Source: Gonapodya sp. JEL0774
Lineage: Eukaryota
Reading direction: 5' to 3'
DNA: 20,000 bases
Assembly (NCBI GenBank): GCA_027604505.1
Contig: JADIIX010000022.1
Location: 184,104 to 204,103 of the forward strand
Shown here: one piece after another, positions 1 to 12,200 of the stretch
Numbering within the stretch: the stretch's first letter is position 1
Layout of the letters: each line of letters begins with the position of its first letter
The notes under the pieces: generated by a model
What the model was told of the DNA's origin: nothing
Database searches by the model: none
The model's input: the letters and a program-made list of their open reading frames with translations, nothing else
Translations under genes and position numbers: made by a program

Positions 1-3000
1 ATGCACGCACGTTCAAAGTGCTTGCAGATTCCGGCAGTCTAAAGTATGGCGCCGGGTCCAGCATCGTCCGAATTGGTTCATTCTGGGAACCGCTCCCAAT
101 GGGAACCGGGTTCATTTGAGTTTCGCTTCCGCTCGAGGAACTAGATGAATCTTGAGAAGTGATAGGGTGGTCGACTTTGTTCCGATTTGATTTTTGTAAA
201 CTTGCAGATGAAACGTTCCACGAAACCGAGCGAGGCCTTGCTCCGCCATCTTTCATGTTCGATCCCGCGAAAGAATTAGGAAGTGCATTAACTGGCGCGG
301 CTCTAGAGGCCATAGCAGCTGCAGATAACTGCATCCAAGCAATATACTCTTCAGAGTATGCGAGATTATCGGAAACTTCATTGAGCTGGATCCAAAGACC
401 GGTATTTTCAGCATACCGGCGCTGTGAGGCAAGAGCAACTGATCGAAGGGCAATGTCCCGGCGCTGGAGAGGTGCAAAGGTAAGATTGAAAAGCAAACGA
501 TGAGAAATATCGGAAACTGAAACGGCACAGCGGAACAAATTTAATCACCTCGATCGCCTCCTGAGCTCTCAGCACTCCAGCCTCGGCTCTCAGGGCAGCC
601 TCTTCCGCAAATAGAACTCGGGCCTCCAACTCCCTCTCTTTTGCCATCACCTGCGCCTCCATTTCCATCTCAATCTCCATAGCCCTCATCTCAACTTCCC
701 GTAGCCTCTCCTCCACTTCTCGCAGCTTCTCCTCCGCATCTTGGGCCCGCTGAACTGCCCTAGCCTCACCCTCCCTCAGCTGCTCGGTCATCGACTTCGA
801 TCTTTCAAAGGACTTGTTCTCAACGCCAGAGAGTGCGGCAAGCGCTGCTTCTTCCCCGGCACGCGCGCGGGCGTGAGCAGCTGCCATTTCTCTGGCGGAA
901 AATTCTGCCCGCTGGTGTTTGGAGCGTCATATTTTTAGCGAACCGGAAACAGATGTGCGACACGACGGTTAAGTTTCAACCTACCTCCAGTTCTTCCTTC
1001 ATTCTGATTTCCCTCTTCTCCGCCTCTGCAAGCCTCCTCTCCGCCTCCCGCTCGATTCCTGCCACTCGTTTCTCGGCTTCCCTCATCTTCTCCTCTGCTT
1101 CTTCCACTTTCACTTTACTTTGCTCAATCACCGAAAGGAGCCGATCTTGAGTTTGGCGGTCCCCTGCAGCGAGAGACGAGAGCGCAGCTTCTTCAGCGGC
1201 GCGGGCACGGTTATGAGCAGCCGTGAGTTGCTCGAATGCAAAACTCTGACGCTGGATGATCAAGTGAATCCGCACCAATGTGCGAGAGTACAAACAAGCC
1301 GTTCAGCTTAATTTTGTCTGAAGCTTGTTGGATAACTCGATCAACTCACCTCGAGCGCCTCTCTCGCCTCATCCCGCTCTTTCTCCAGTTCAGTCATCTT
1401 ACCTTGCAGAGCGTTCTCCACTTCCTTAACTCTGGCATCCACCGTGGCCACCTGCGACATGGCTACTTGAACCTTATTTTCAGCTTCCTTTGCTCGCCGT
1501 TCGGCATCCTGTGCACGAATCTCGGCATCCTGGGCCCGAATGTCCGTGTCCTTCACCCGCGATTCTGCTGCCTGTACGAGTGACTCCGCAAGTTTGGCAC
1601 GTGCTGAAGATGCCACAGAAAGTTGATCGAAGCGGTTGGCCCGCGACTCGGCGGCGGTGGCGCGTTGTTCCGCATCTGATAACTGTTGCGCCAGTCGCTG
1701 TGCCCGCTCGTCGGAATCCTTCGCTCGTGCTTCCGCGGCTTTGGCACGAGATTCGGCAGCTTTAGCACGCTCATTCGCGAGTTTCGCTTTCTCAAACGCA
1801 AAAGTGGTTTGCTCTTCCGCTTCTCGCACCTTCCGGACCGATTGAGCGAGCCCTGTCTCGCCCTTCTTTCTTTCCGCGAGCGTCTCCGAATTCTTGCGAA
1901 TGAGAGATGCTTCACAATCAGCTACATGTTCGGATGGTAGTTCCAGAGTCGATGATCGGGATATCTGTCCGGAGTCAACCACTGCGCGAGGGTTGGCTGA
2001 CGGACCAGGTAGAACCTGGGCAGGGACGGAATTATCAATCGAAGTTCGATGCTGTGTTGGAGGTTGCTTGCCATCCCGTGCGCGTTCTGCGCCTACAGAC
2101 TTGGAGCGAGCATTTGAGGTGGGAACAGTGCTCCTCACGGCAAAGAGTGGCGAGGGCACTTCTTCGGGTCCCAGTATGCTCACAACTTTGGTTGCAACGG
2201 CTGTCGAAAGTTGCTCCAGAAAATCTGCAGTGGAGGGTGTACGTGACTGTGAAGTCATCGTCCGAATGAGTGTCGGCAAGATGGTGTCGGGGGAATCAGA
2301 GTCCACGTTCGAGGCAGATGTGTCCCGAGTAAGTGTGCGTGTGACAGATCGAGAGCGGCGAGTTGTGGGTGTCTGTGTCGGCCGATGCTCTTCGGAAAGA
2401 GCACTCTGTCGGCGCGCACGCGTTCGTTCCCCCCTCGACGCCCCCACGTCGCCCCGCCACGATCTGGGGTTAGCTACGTGGAATGCGCGCCCTGTTGGAG
2501 TACTTTTGTCCCGTTTTGGACCTTGCTCACTGTGCCATGGTACAAAGCCAGGAACGTCGTTGCCTCGAGCATGAGTAGCGTGAGAAACGTGTCGGTCCTG
2601 TACACTGTCCACGAATCGGTTTCGGTCTCGCTCCAGATCAACCTCTCCATTCCAATCATCATTGGCTGCAAACAATGATCGCTCTATGTGTTGCGTGTGA
2701 GCGAGGTCATCGTGTAGACTGTCTGCACTGTTCATGCCTAGCTCCGCATCCCTGTTACACGTGTGAATTCGCTGGGTATGCGAATGAAGAGAGTTCGCGA
2801 AAGAGTGCGCTTGGGCTTGCCAGTACGGCATTGGTGTCGCTGTGGAGGACTGGGCGTCTGGAACAGGAGGAACGATGCCCGCCAGCCCAGGTTCAAAGAG
2901 GGCCTGATTTCGCATGCCCATTATGAGACTAGACAAATTGAGGGTATCGGTTGCAGATTTGAATAGGTTTTGACTGGCATTAGGTTGTTGGCGATGACTG

Positions 3001-3533
3001 ACATTAGCACTGGGGTTGCTGGGATGGATCGGGTGACAAGATGGCAAACGATGGGCATGAGTACAGTGAGAAGCGTGCTGTGTCGATAAGAATTGTGGCA
3101 ACGCTTCGAAATCAGATTGTGGCCGAGTTGGGTGCAGGGAATGTGTGTGCCGGTGCGACGACATCCATGGTTGTGATACGGGCACCACGATCGCGGCAGC
3201 CGGTGGCACGATTGGAGATCCATAAGATTGCGGCTGCACCTGCAAGTATGGAACAGCGATGGACGCGCTCCCGCCCGTGTCTTCGTCTGTGACACCTGAC
3301 GATCTCTCCACACGTTGAGACCCTGAATCATGGTTCCTGCTAGCTCTGATGAACAGAGGCTGCGTCTGGAGCGGGACCGAAATCAAGTCAGGCGGTTCGC
3401 GCTCCCATTCTCTCTGCGAGAGCCGTCGCTGCTTTGCGCTGGGCACACCAGTGCTGTTCCCGTTCCCGACTGCATCGGGATGATGTTGCCGGGGAATGCT
3501 CTGGAATGAGTGGAATGCAGGCGTTGGTGACAT
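1..3533 (-). CDS. Large protein with disordered N-terminal half and Ala/Glu/Arg-rich coiled-coil repeats; 3'-partial. Exons 3533-1350, 1251-985, 911-549, 463-<1
   Basis: 730-aa ORF ends at donor GTGAGT (1349). Three phase-0 GT-AG introns (1349-1252, 984-912, 548-464) join the ORF-track pieces in frame, and the frame stays open to base 1. Heptad repeats such as ERAKAAE-SRAKAAE-ARAKDSD. Confidence 0.8.
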
Positions 3534-4020
3534 GCTCGATGGGCGAATCGCTCGAGACTTGGTCTTAGTAAATTATCGCGCGCGTTAGAATCAATATTGA
3601 GACCTCGAGTGGGGAGATGGGGCCACCAGAGTGCCTCTTGTTAGTGCACACAACTCCTCCAGCAGGCAACCAAGCCCTGATCTGATATCACTCATCTGAA
3701 GGACAATGCGAGAGGAGTTAAAAACTTGCTGTACTGTCGACATGATTAATGTGATATTTCTAATGGGAATCATGAACCAGAGCGTTGTCCAGGGCAAACC
3801 CCAACTATACGATGATTCGTTATTCTAGTCCATCCACGAATAGACTAACGATCTGCTAACAACTAACTTATTTATCGAACGAATGGGGCAAGAGCTCCAC
3901 AAACTGATGCAAATCAAGTACTCAATGATGATGTTATGTCGGGAACATGCCCGTGGCTGTGCCACCGCCCTCGGCAGGGCACCACCAGATTGGCCGGGCA
4001 CTCCTCAACCCCAAACACGC

Positions 4021-4029
4021 TATATATTT
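4021..4029 (+). promoter_or_regulatory. TATA-like element (TATATATTT) upstream of the putative ATG at 4084
   Basis: AT-rich motif in GC-rich context ~60 nt upstream of the ATG, between divergently oriented genes. Confidence 0.3.
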
Positions 4030-4083
4030 GAATGCTCGCGGCAGGGCTCGCGTCCGAGCGGGCGTGGGAACGTGGAGTGGAGG

Positions 4084-5417
4084 ATGCGGGATTACCGCCA
4101 GTGGATGAGCGAGGACGAGCGGTGGGTGGAACGTGACTTGTTGTTTGGGGTTCGTCCGTTTGCGAGACGTTGCTCTGACCCACCGCGAAACCCGCGACAC
4201 GGGGGCCCAACAATACTGTAAAATTTCAATGTTTTCAGACGACGCTAGATAGAGCTGCACGGGCGGCGCGGCTGCGTCTGTCACCGTCGCGACTGTTTCG
4301 GCCACCCCCATCGACCCCTCTTGTTCCCCCGTCTTTTCCTTCGTCACTTACAATCCACAAATTGGCCGCCGACCCGGAACTCGATGCAGAATCACAGACT
4401 GGCCAAAATCAGCCTCCTTACTCGCTTGATTCGACCGCAGCGAACTCTCGACCCGCCCAGAAGCAAAATCGGTCCAGAAGACTCCTCGACAAAGCAGCAC
4501 ATTTGCTCGGGAGGGAACTGCGCGAGGAAAAAATACGCATTGCTAGGGAGTCTCGACCTTCAAAGTTGAGCCACTCTGGACAGGTGAGCGTGATGGGCGA
4601 AGGATGGAACGAGTGCTTGCATCATCGCCCGGAAATGAATTGATTTTTCGGAGAGAATACAATAGCTTGACCTGCATGTTCGGAATGGATGGAAGTATAT
4701 GTCATTGACTGTGAGAAGTCTCGCGGACGCGAACCGTCTGAAGGTTTCGAATGGGCCGATCCCTCCGAGGGGTTGGTTATGGGTCAGTTGTACTACACCA
4801 CTGGAGACATTTCGAACATGGATAATACCTGAATGTGTAGTAGCAGTGGAGCTGATGGAGGGATGGAACAGGGAATCCTGAGCGGAATTCCCCCTTTCTG
4901 TCGTTGGCGATGTCGTCAAGACAGCGGCCTGTGCAAGTGTAGTGGATTTCTCTCCACTGGCGCAAGCACTGTCGCTTTGAAATCTTATGCAGATGATGGA
5001 TTGGAGAGTAGTCTGGGCATTTGTGCGACTTGGAGGATCGACCCACAGGCGCAGTCGTTATAGGCGTCTTACAAATCCCTGGCTGTTGAATCTGGCCCAG
5101 GACTCCGCGGATGTTCATGACTTCAATGTTTTAGTGCCCTGCTGGAGATACGACGATGTTTCGGTGTCAGGTGGGCGTGACGTGGTTGCATACCAGGGCC
5201 TCTGTCTTCCACGCCACCACCACAACACAAATCAGGACAGCTGGGCTCAGTAAGGGGTACTAAAAAGTGCAAGAATGGGCTGCTACCGGGATTACAAATG
5301 AGAAGGCAGTGGATTGCAGTGAGACAGGTGTTTGGAGTCTCTGGCAGGAAGGACGATGCGTCGAAGTTTGTGGAAAGGTTTGAAAGTTCAGAATCTAAGC
5401 CCATGTTTGCCTTTTGA
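4084..5417 (+). CDS. Hypothetical spliced protein, 3' structure unresolved. Plausible exons 4084-4149, 4239-4583, 4666-~4782 or 4881, possibly further exons to 5417
   Basis: Phase-0 introns GTTCGT..TTTTCAG (4150-4238) and GTGAGC..CAATAG (4584-4665) give MRDYRQWMSEDERWVERDLLFG/TTLDRAARAARLRL...SHSGQ/LDLHVRNGWKY... Downstream splicing is ambiguous and no family was recognised. Confidence 0.35.
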
Positions 5418-5437
5418 ATGGTGGAGAAGGGAGTTGG

Positions 5438-8400
5438 ATGATCAGATGTTACAGAAAAGTTTACTTCGCTTCTCATGAATCGCCCCCTCCAATCTCCTGT
5501 TCAACGCATCACCAGGCCCCGCCACCCGACACCTCCCCGCCCCCACCGCCTCTTCCACCCGCCTATACAACCACGTTTGTGCACCTCGCTTGCGCTCGCG
5601 GCGACCTTCCTGCTCTCCTCTTCAACCCTGCCGCATCCGCACCATTTCTAGAAAGACCCGACGAACATGGTCGCACACCACTGCAAATCGCTGCCATGGG
5701 GGGATGGGATGCGGTCGTGCAAGTGCTGATTGAGGGCGTGAGAGCGAACGGGTTGAGAGGGAGAGCTATGAGCGTGGGGAACGCAAAGGCCAAAGATGGG
5801 GGGTGGTGGGGGTGGGTCGGGGAGGTGGCTTCTCGAGGTGAGTTATGTTGCAATTATTGTAGAAACACGAAGTCGCCGAAACTTATGTGTTCTGCCCATC
5901 GATATCGGGCTTTGATGTCACTTGAACTCAGCTCCCCTCGCCCTTCCATCTCGCCCGACACTTCCACCAATCACTCATTCCCTCAACCTTCCGGATCCCA
6001 CCGGGCGCACTCCCGCCCACTGGGCAGCTCTCCTTGGACACCCTTCTGTTCTGCGCACTCTTCGAACGACCGCTGGAATTCGCGTGAGATGGTTGCAAGC
6101 GGACGCAGTTGGACGGACCTGCTTACACCTGAGCGTGATGTGCGAGCGAGAGGACGCTGCGGAGGAGTGCCTTAGAGAGGTCATTATGGCTGTTGAGGAG
6201 GCGGCGGGCGCCGGTGGGAGTTCGGGTGGGTTCCTATCAGGTGCGTCGAACTGGTGGCCTTGGCAATCGGGTGGGTCCAGCGGAAGTACTAGCGCTAGTG
6301 GCAGCGGAAATGGCGGTGGAATTGGTAGCAATCCTACACGACGCATATCTGTCTCAGCCTCCTCTCGTCGGTCTCGGTCTCGATCGCGCCTCGCTACGCC
6401 TTCCCCAGGGCCAGGCAGTTCTGCCCACAACCTGCGTCCTCCAGTCGACTTATATCACCTTGCATTGAATCTCCCTGATGCGCAGGGAATGACACCCGCA
6501 CATTTGGCGTGCGCCTTGGACAGGCCGCGATTACTGGGGGTGCTTTTGGATTCAGGGGTCGTGGGGCTTGATGCGACAGATGCGGACGGAAAGACAGCTT
6601 TTCACTGGGCGGCAGGAGTGAAGAAGGCAACGGGTCCGACGACAAGTGGACGAGGCTCCAGAGTGGCCTCCTCAGGGACTGAGGGTGGTCGCAGGTCCAG
6701 AAGTTGGTCAGCACGGGCAACTGGATCGGTACAAGTGCCGGTGCTGGTAGCGGGTCCTCTTGGTAAGGAAGAAACGGAGGATGTGTTATCATGCGCGCAG
6801 ATGGTGCTCGCTCGCGCTCCATTCTTAGCCCCACTCGCGGACCATGAAGGGCGGACTGCCCTGCACCTTGCTGCACTAGCTAACAATCCCGATCTGGTGG
6901 AGCGATTGGCAGGGCTGGCACGGATCGGAAGTGGTGTGGATTTGGACGCAAGGGATTCGGCAGGGAGGACACCGTTGCACTGGGCAGCAGTATGTGGGCA
7001 CACATCATTAGTGGGGAGAATGATAGCCTTGGGATGTGATCCAGGGATGGGAGACACGATGGGAGGAGCAACTGCAGTGCATTATGCAGCAGCTAAAAAT
7101 CACGCGGGTTGCGTGGCAGCACTGATGGATGACGGTGTGGGTGAGACTTCCGAGCCTAACCAAAAGGCTCCGCCTCGAGGATACAAAATCGATAATCACG
7201 GTAGGACGCCGCTGCATTGGGCAGCGGAGAGAGGTCACGTGCAAGCAGTGAGAGTGATGGTCAGGGAAGAGAATTTGGCGAGAGGTGTGGATCCGAATTC
7301 CGGCGATGCCAGAGGTGCAACTGGTGAGTTATTCTCTTGCTCTGGGAAAACTGTTTGGTGAATTGGTTTGGAAAGTTGTTGATGAATGTTGATGAACCTC
7401 TCTCGTCCATATTGACATATATTGAACATCAGCGCTGCATGTTGCAGCCGGAGCCGGCCATACCACCTGCACAGCCGTGCTCCTCGAACTCCGTTCACCT
7501 GGTCCATTCTCTGACCATGCGGCAGCACCAACCAATTCGGCCCCATATCTCGTCAATCCTGATGTCCTCGATCACGCTGGACAAACACCCCTCTTCCGTG
7601 CGGTATCGGCCGGGCACGCTGACATCGCAGCTTTGCTTTGCTCTGCTGGTGCCCGCATAGATGTCGCAGATGGAGCAGGGCGGACCGCTCTCCATCATGC
7701 CGCTTGGAAAGGTGACCTGCAGATGGTTTCATTGCTGACTGCAAGAGCAAGAGGAATGGGTAGCGCCAAAACCCGAGTCGCCAGTGGGGTGCTGGAAGAG
7801 CGAGATTTGGTTGGAGCGAGAGATGGAGAAGGAAGAACTGCGTTGATGCTTGCTGCTGCGGCAGGGTGGGACGATGTACTAAAGTACTTGCATGAAAATG
7901 GGGCCTGGGAGCTAGACGAACAAGGTGAGTAACTATGGGACTCAAATTGTGATGTAGATCCTTGGAAGACTTCCAATAGTTGACATGCGAACTGAAACTA
8001 TCTTTTAGATGATGCTGGCCTCTCTGCAATGCACCTTGCCGTCTGCACCCGCAAAATCTCCACCGTTGCTCTCTTGATCAAACTAGGTGCCAATCCGAAC
8101 CTGCTGGACAGGCCTTATCCGTTTTCAACGGTACCGTTGCCCGGGTTGCATCAACGAAATTCCACTTCCCAAGGACGTGGGAACTCGCGTTCCGCAAATA
8201 CGCGCAGCTCATTTGTCAGTGGGTTATCCAGCGTCTATGCCGACACCACTGACGGGGATGAAACTGGGAATGCAGAAGATGGCGGCGGAACAGTGGAATT
8301 GGATGAGAACGCACAATCGATTCCCCCGCGCACCCCCCTTGACCTTGCGGATGAACTCGGTGATGAAGAGATGTACGACCTTATTCGGCGGAATGGAGGC

Positions 8401-8943
8401 TGGCCTGGTTCTGTAATGATGGCAGTCGAAGTGGCTGTGAGACTTCTTCAGCAATGGTGGCGTGGGATTCTGAATGTGCGTGCCGCGTCCGCCCGCAAGT
8501 GGGATGACGAGCGGGCAGCGGCGCGTCTTCCACCTTCAGCTGCACCGCTTCACCGTACTACCACCAAATTTTGGGAGTCTCAAAAGGGGAGCAATTCCCT
8601 CGATGCTTCCATGACGAGTATGGAACGGGACTATTTTGGTGGGGAGGCAAGACAGTGGCAAGACCTGAGGGATATTGAGGCTAGTGCCAGCAACGACAGT
8701 GGAACCGCGGTAGGCCCTGGCAGGCGGGAGCATTCCGCTGACTCTCGGGCACCTGGGAGCGAAGCTACAGCAGTAGCTTTCGCGCTTCCTCCACTACCAG
8801 GGAATGTGAAATTGGTGGAATCGGCGGTTAAAATTGGGCCCGTGAAACTGATTGAGGATGAAGTGGATGACGGTATGACTACCATGGAGAGACGATACTT
8901 CCAGGAGGCGGTCAAGACAGGTAGTCTGGATTTGGAGGTGTAA
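5438..8943 (+). CDS. INVS: Inversin (NPHP2)-like ankyrin-repeat protein with C-terminal IQ motif, ~1070 aa. Exons ~5438-5837, 5932-7323, 7433-7924, 8009-8943; start uncertain, may splice into the acceptor at 5515
   Basis: Many ankyrin repeats (GRTPLHWAA, GRTALHLAA, GATAVHYAA, GQTPLFRA, RTPLDLA). Three phase-1 introns join the ORFs in frame, two of them restoring split repeats (GAT/ALHVAAGAGH; EQ/DDAGLSAMHLA). IQ-like AVRLLQQWWRGILNVR at ~8434-8481 follows the last repeat, as in inversin. Ankyrin call is firm; orthology is inferred. Confidence 0.75.
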
Positions 8944-9201
8944 GACAAAGCGGATCGCATTGTTGTGATTGAGAACATTCGTTCCTCGCCAGGAGACGGG
9001 AATCGACTGGCCAAAATTGGCAATGGTAATCTTCTTGCACCAATAATTTTCGTTTTTGCATTCCATATAATCAGTTCTTGTACATTAGCCACGGGTGTGA
9101 CCTTGTAACAGATAAAGCTATTATCTCGCTTTTAATATTAGTAGTAATCTCAATTCTACAGTAATGTCGTTCTAAACCTCCAAAAAGAGTTTAGTACAAA
9201 T

Positions 9202-12200
9202 CTACAGGCGAGCACTTGGGACGATCTCCTGGAAGAAAGTCCGCTCCATGTCAGCTATCAGCTTCTTCTCTTTGATCCACTTGTGAAGCATCTCTGCATA
9301 AGCGATGGGCCCGGCACCGTACGAGAAGTTTTGGGCAAGCCGGTCGTTAACTTTGCCTTCCACTGAAAGTGTGAATGTGGGGCTCAAAATTCTGGTCAGG
9401 AGTAGCTCTGGAAATGCTTCATCAACTCACAGTTATAGTAGCCCGGCGTACACTCTTCGTAAAACGATTTCCTCATGACTGCTACGCGAAGGCATTCTTT
9501 CACCCAGGCATCAACTGCTTTTTCTGAAGCTTCCATTGTCTTGACGTTCTCACGGAGGTTCTGAAGGAGGACGCCTGCAATCAAAGTTACTTGCTCTGGA
9601 TGAAGTTGATTGGCAAACGGGAATAAATAACATGAGGAGCGTGTAGGAATTGGCCGCTGAAGAGAACGACTTTCACCTTGGATAATGTGCGGGAAATTGA
9701 CAGATGCGCCTGCTTGAGCGTTTTGAATGATGGCAAAGTTCGGGAAATTGCGAATCCACATTCCGTGAAGTGATTTCATCCCTTCCTTCCAGTATTCATC
9801 CAAAGGAAGGCCACCTCGACCTGACTATCGGCATGAGATCACACGGACTATAGTTTCAATCGTTCTAATCCACTTACCGAAAATATTGCAGTAATTCCGG
9901 CGAGTGAAAGTGGCTCCGGTCTCGAATCCGGTGGCAAAAATGATGCAGTCGACTTTGTATTCCTGACCATTTGCAATTATTCCCTGTTCCGTGATTCCAG
10001 TCACGCCCTTCCCGTTTGTGTCTACCAGCGTAACGTTCGGTCGGTTGAAGGTTGGAAGGTACTGAGGACGTGAAATCAGGTCGTTTTATTTGGTGCTGTG
10101 AGGGACCCAACAAAGTATGATATTACCTCATCGTGGTAGCAAGGCCGCTTGCAGAACTCTGTAGAGATTCAATGACATATTTAATATCGAAGGAAGGATT
10201 GATTTCGGGTTTATCATAATCTAACTCACGGTTGTAGTACGGCTTGAGAGCCTCGGCTGTCTTTGGGTCCTTGACGATCGAGTCCACCCGCGCTCTAATC
10301 TCCTCCATCTTCTTGAAATCGGCCATCTGCAGTAAGGTGGAAGTTTTGATTCCCTTCTGCCTTCCGTTGGTCACAACCTTAAACAAAAAATCCATCTGAC
10401 CTTGCTTGAGCACAACAGCAACCCGAACGGTTGCTCACCTCATGCATCATCCTGAAGATGGAAGTCCATCCATCCCCGACAAGGTCCTCCTCAGCAAATC
10501 CGCCTTGCACAAGAATGTTGAAGTTGTCTAAGGCGAATGTATATGAGCTTCTCTTCGAGCGTCAAAAGCCCAAATGAGAACCACACTAACCCATGCGTCT
10601 CTTTTGCCAGCCAGGTTTCTGGTTCCAGTACCACTCTTTATCAGTGGGTCGGTTGCTGAACAGAACGGGAGTTACACACTACCTAACCTGGAGGAGGCAC
10701 CCAGAGGTTATAAGGACTCACTTTCGTACGTCAATGGAAGACGGTGTCCGTTGGAAGACGTAGAGATGCTTTGCACTTTCCCCTGTGGCAATAAGCAAGG
10801 GTGTGTGAGGACGACATCACAGAGTTGAAGTGAAGACGCCGTACACACCGAGGTGAGGAATACATTGAACAGAAGTTGCGCCTGCACAAACGGGTATAAC
10901 TAAAGTTGCGACGAGATTTCTCAAGATCTCGCATGTGCCCACCTGTTCCAATCTAATCAGAGCGTAATCCAAACACTCAGCATATTGACACACTAGCATG
11001 GTGACAAACGACTTACAATGCCGACAACTTTATCCTTCAAACGTTCCAAGTTGCCGAGGGAGGTGCCTCCTGTGGGAGACAACGAACATTTGTTGACATT
11101 GCCACAATCCAATGCACGATTAGTACGGCTTACCAGTGTACTCGTAGTCCCACCGGGACGCTGACAGATAAAGCACGTCATTTTGAGAGATGTAGTAGCG
11201 GTAAAAGAACTCAACCATGTCAGATGGAAACCCACTGTGGAAGCTGTGTCCCTTAAAGGAATCGATTCCCGGAACTCCAAGCAGTTTTGGTCGGTGAAGG
11301 GGGCCACTGGCCATGACAACCCACTGGGCACTGATACGATCGCCCTTGTTCGTGATGATGGTCCATCGCTCGCGAGAATCGTCCCAGCGGAGTTCGTTTA
11401 CTTCGGTTTGGAAGAGGACGTTGGCATACAGGTCGTATTTGCGGCCGATCCGTGAGCAGTGCGCGAGAACTGTATGAAGACCCGCACAAGGAGAAGTTGG
11501 TACCCGCATTAGCCGAACGAAAATTCAAAAGCAATTTATTGTACGGAGAACTGACTTTCAGGAGCCTTGGTGTACTTAAACTCGGGCATAAATTGGGTCT
11601 CCTCCAATAAGGGCTGCATTGGGAAAACGAGGTGGAGGTTTCGATATTTTCTTCAACTTCGGGAAAGTCCAAGAACACTGCGATACCAACCAGGTAGATG
11701 TATGATTCTGTGTCGCAAGCGGCGCCTGGGTACCGATTCCAATACCTTTAAAACTCATCATCAGCAAACTGAATCTGACAGTTGATGGAGCCGTTTCGAC
11801 GACAGATACCATGTACCACCGAAGTCTCCGCCTTTCTCGATCATCATAACATCCTTGGAGGTGAATCCGGCTTCCCGAATCTTTGCGGCTGTTTGCAGTC
11901 CAGCAAATCCGCCACCGAGGACGGCGATTCGGATATCTTCAACACGAGGATCCCGAACAATTGGTTCAGTGTATGGGTCCTGTAATTCCACGTCAGGTTG
12001 TCGGAACATACAGAGGACTTTTGGGCTAAAATTTCGGCTCACCTCTAGGAAACGTCCGAACTTCCCATCCTTTTCTATACCAAGGTACTGAGCGTTTCCA
12101 TCCTAATTTGAATGTTGTGGTAAGTTGCAAAATCCAGATTGGACATCCTCCTTAACTCCGTGGATGTGCATTGGATCTCACCGCTCGCAGACGCTGTTAC

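Noticed and set aside
1894..2574. 226-aa plus-strand ORF and other ORFs overlapping gene 1
   Set aside because: Antisense shadows of the long minus-strand exon in GC-rich sequence, with no recognisable motifs.
5975..7057. Minus-strand ORFs of 151-160 aa
   Set aside because: Antisense to the well-supported ankyrin exon.
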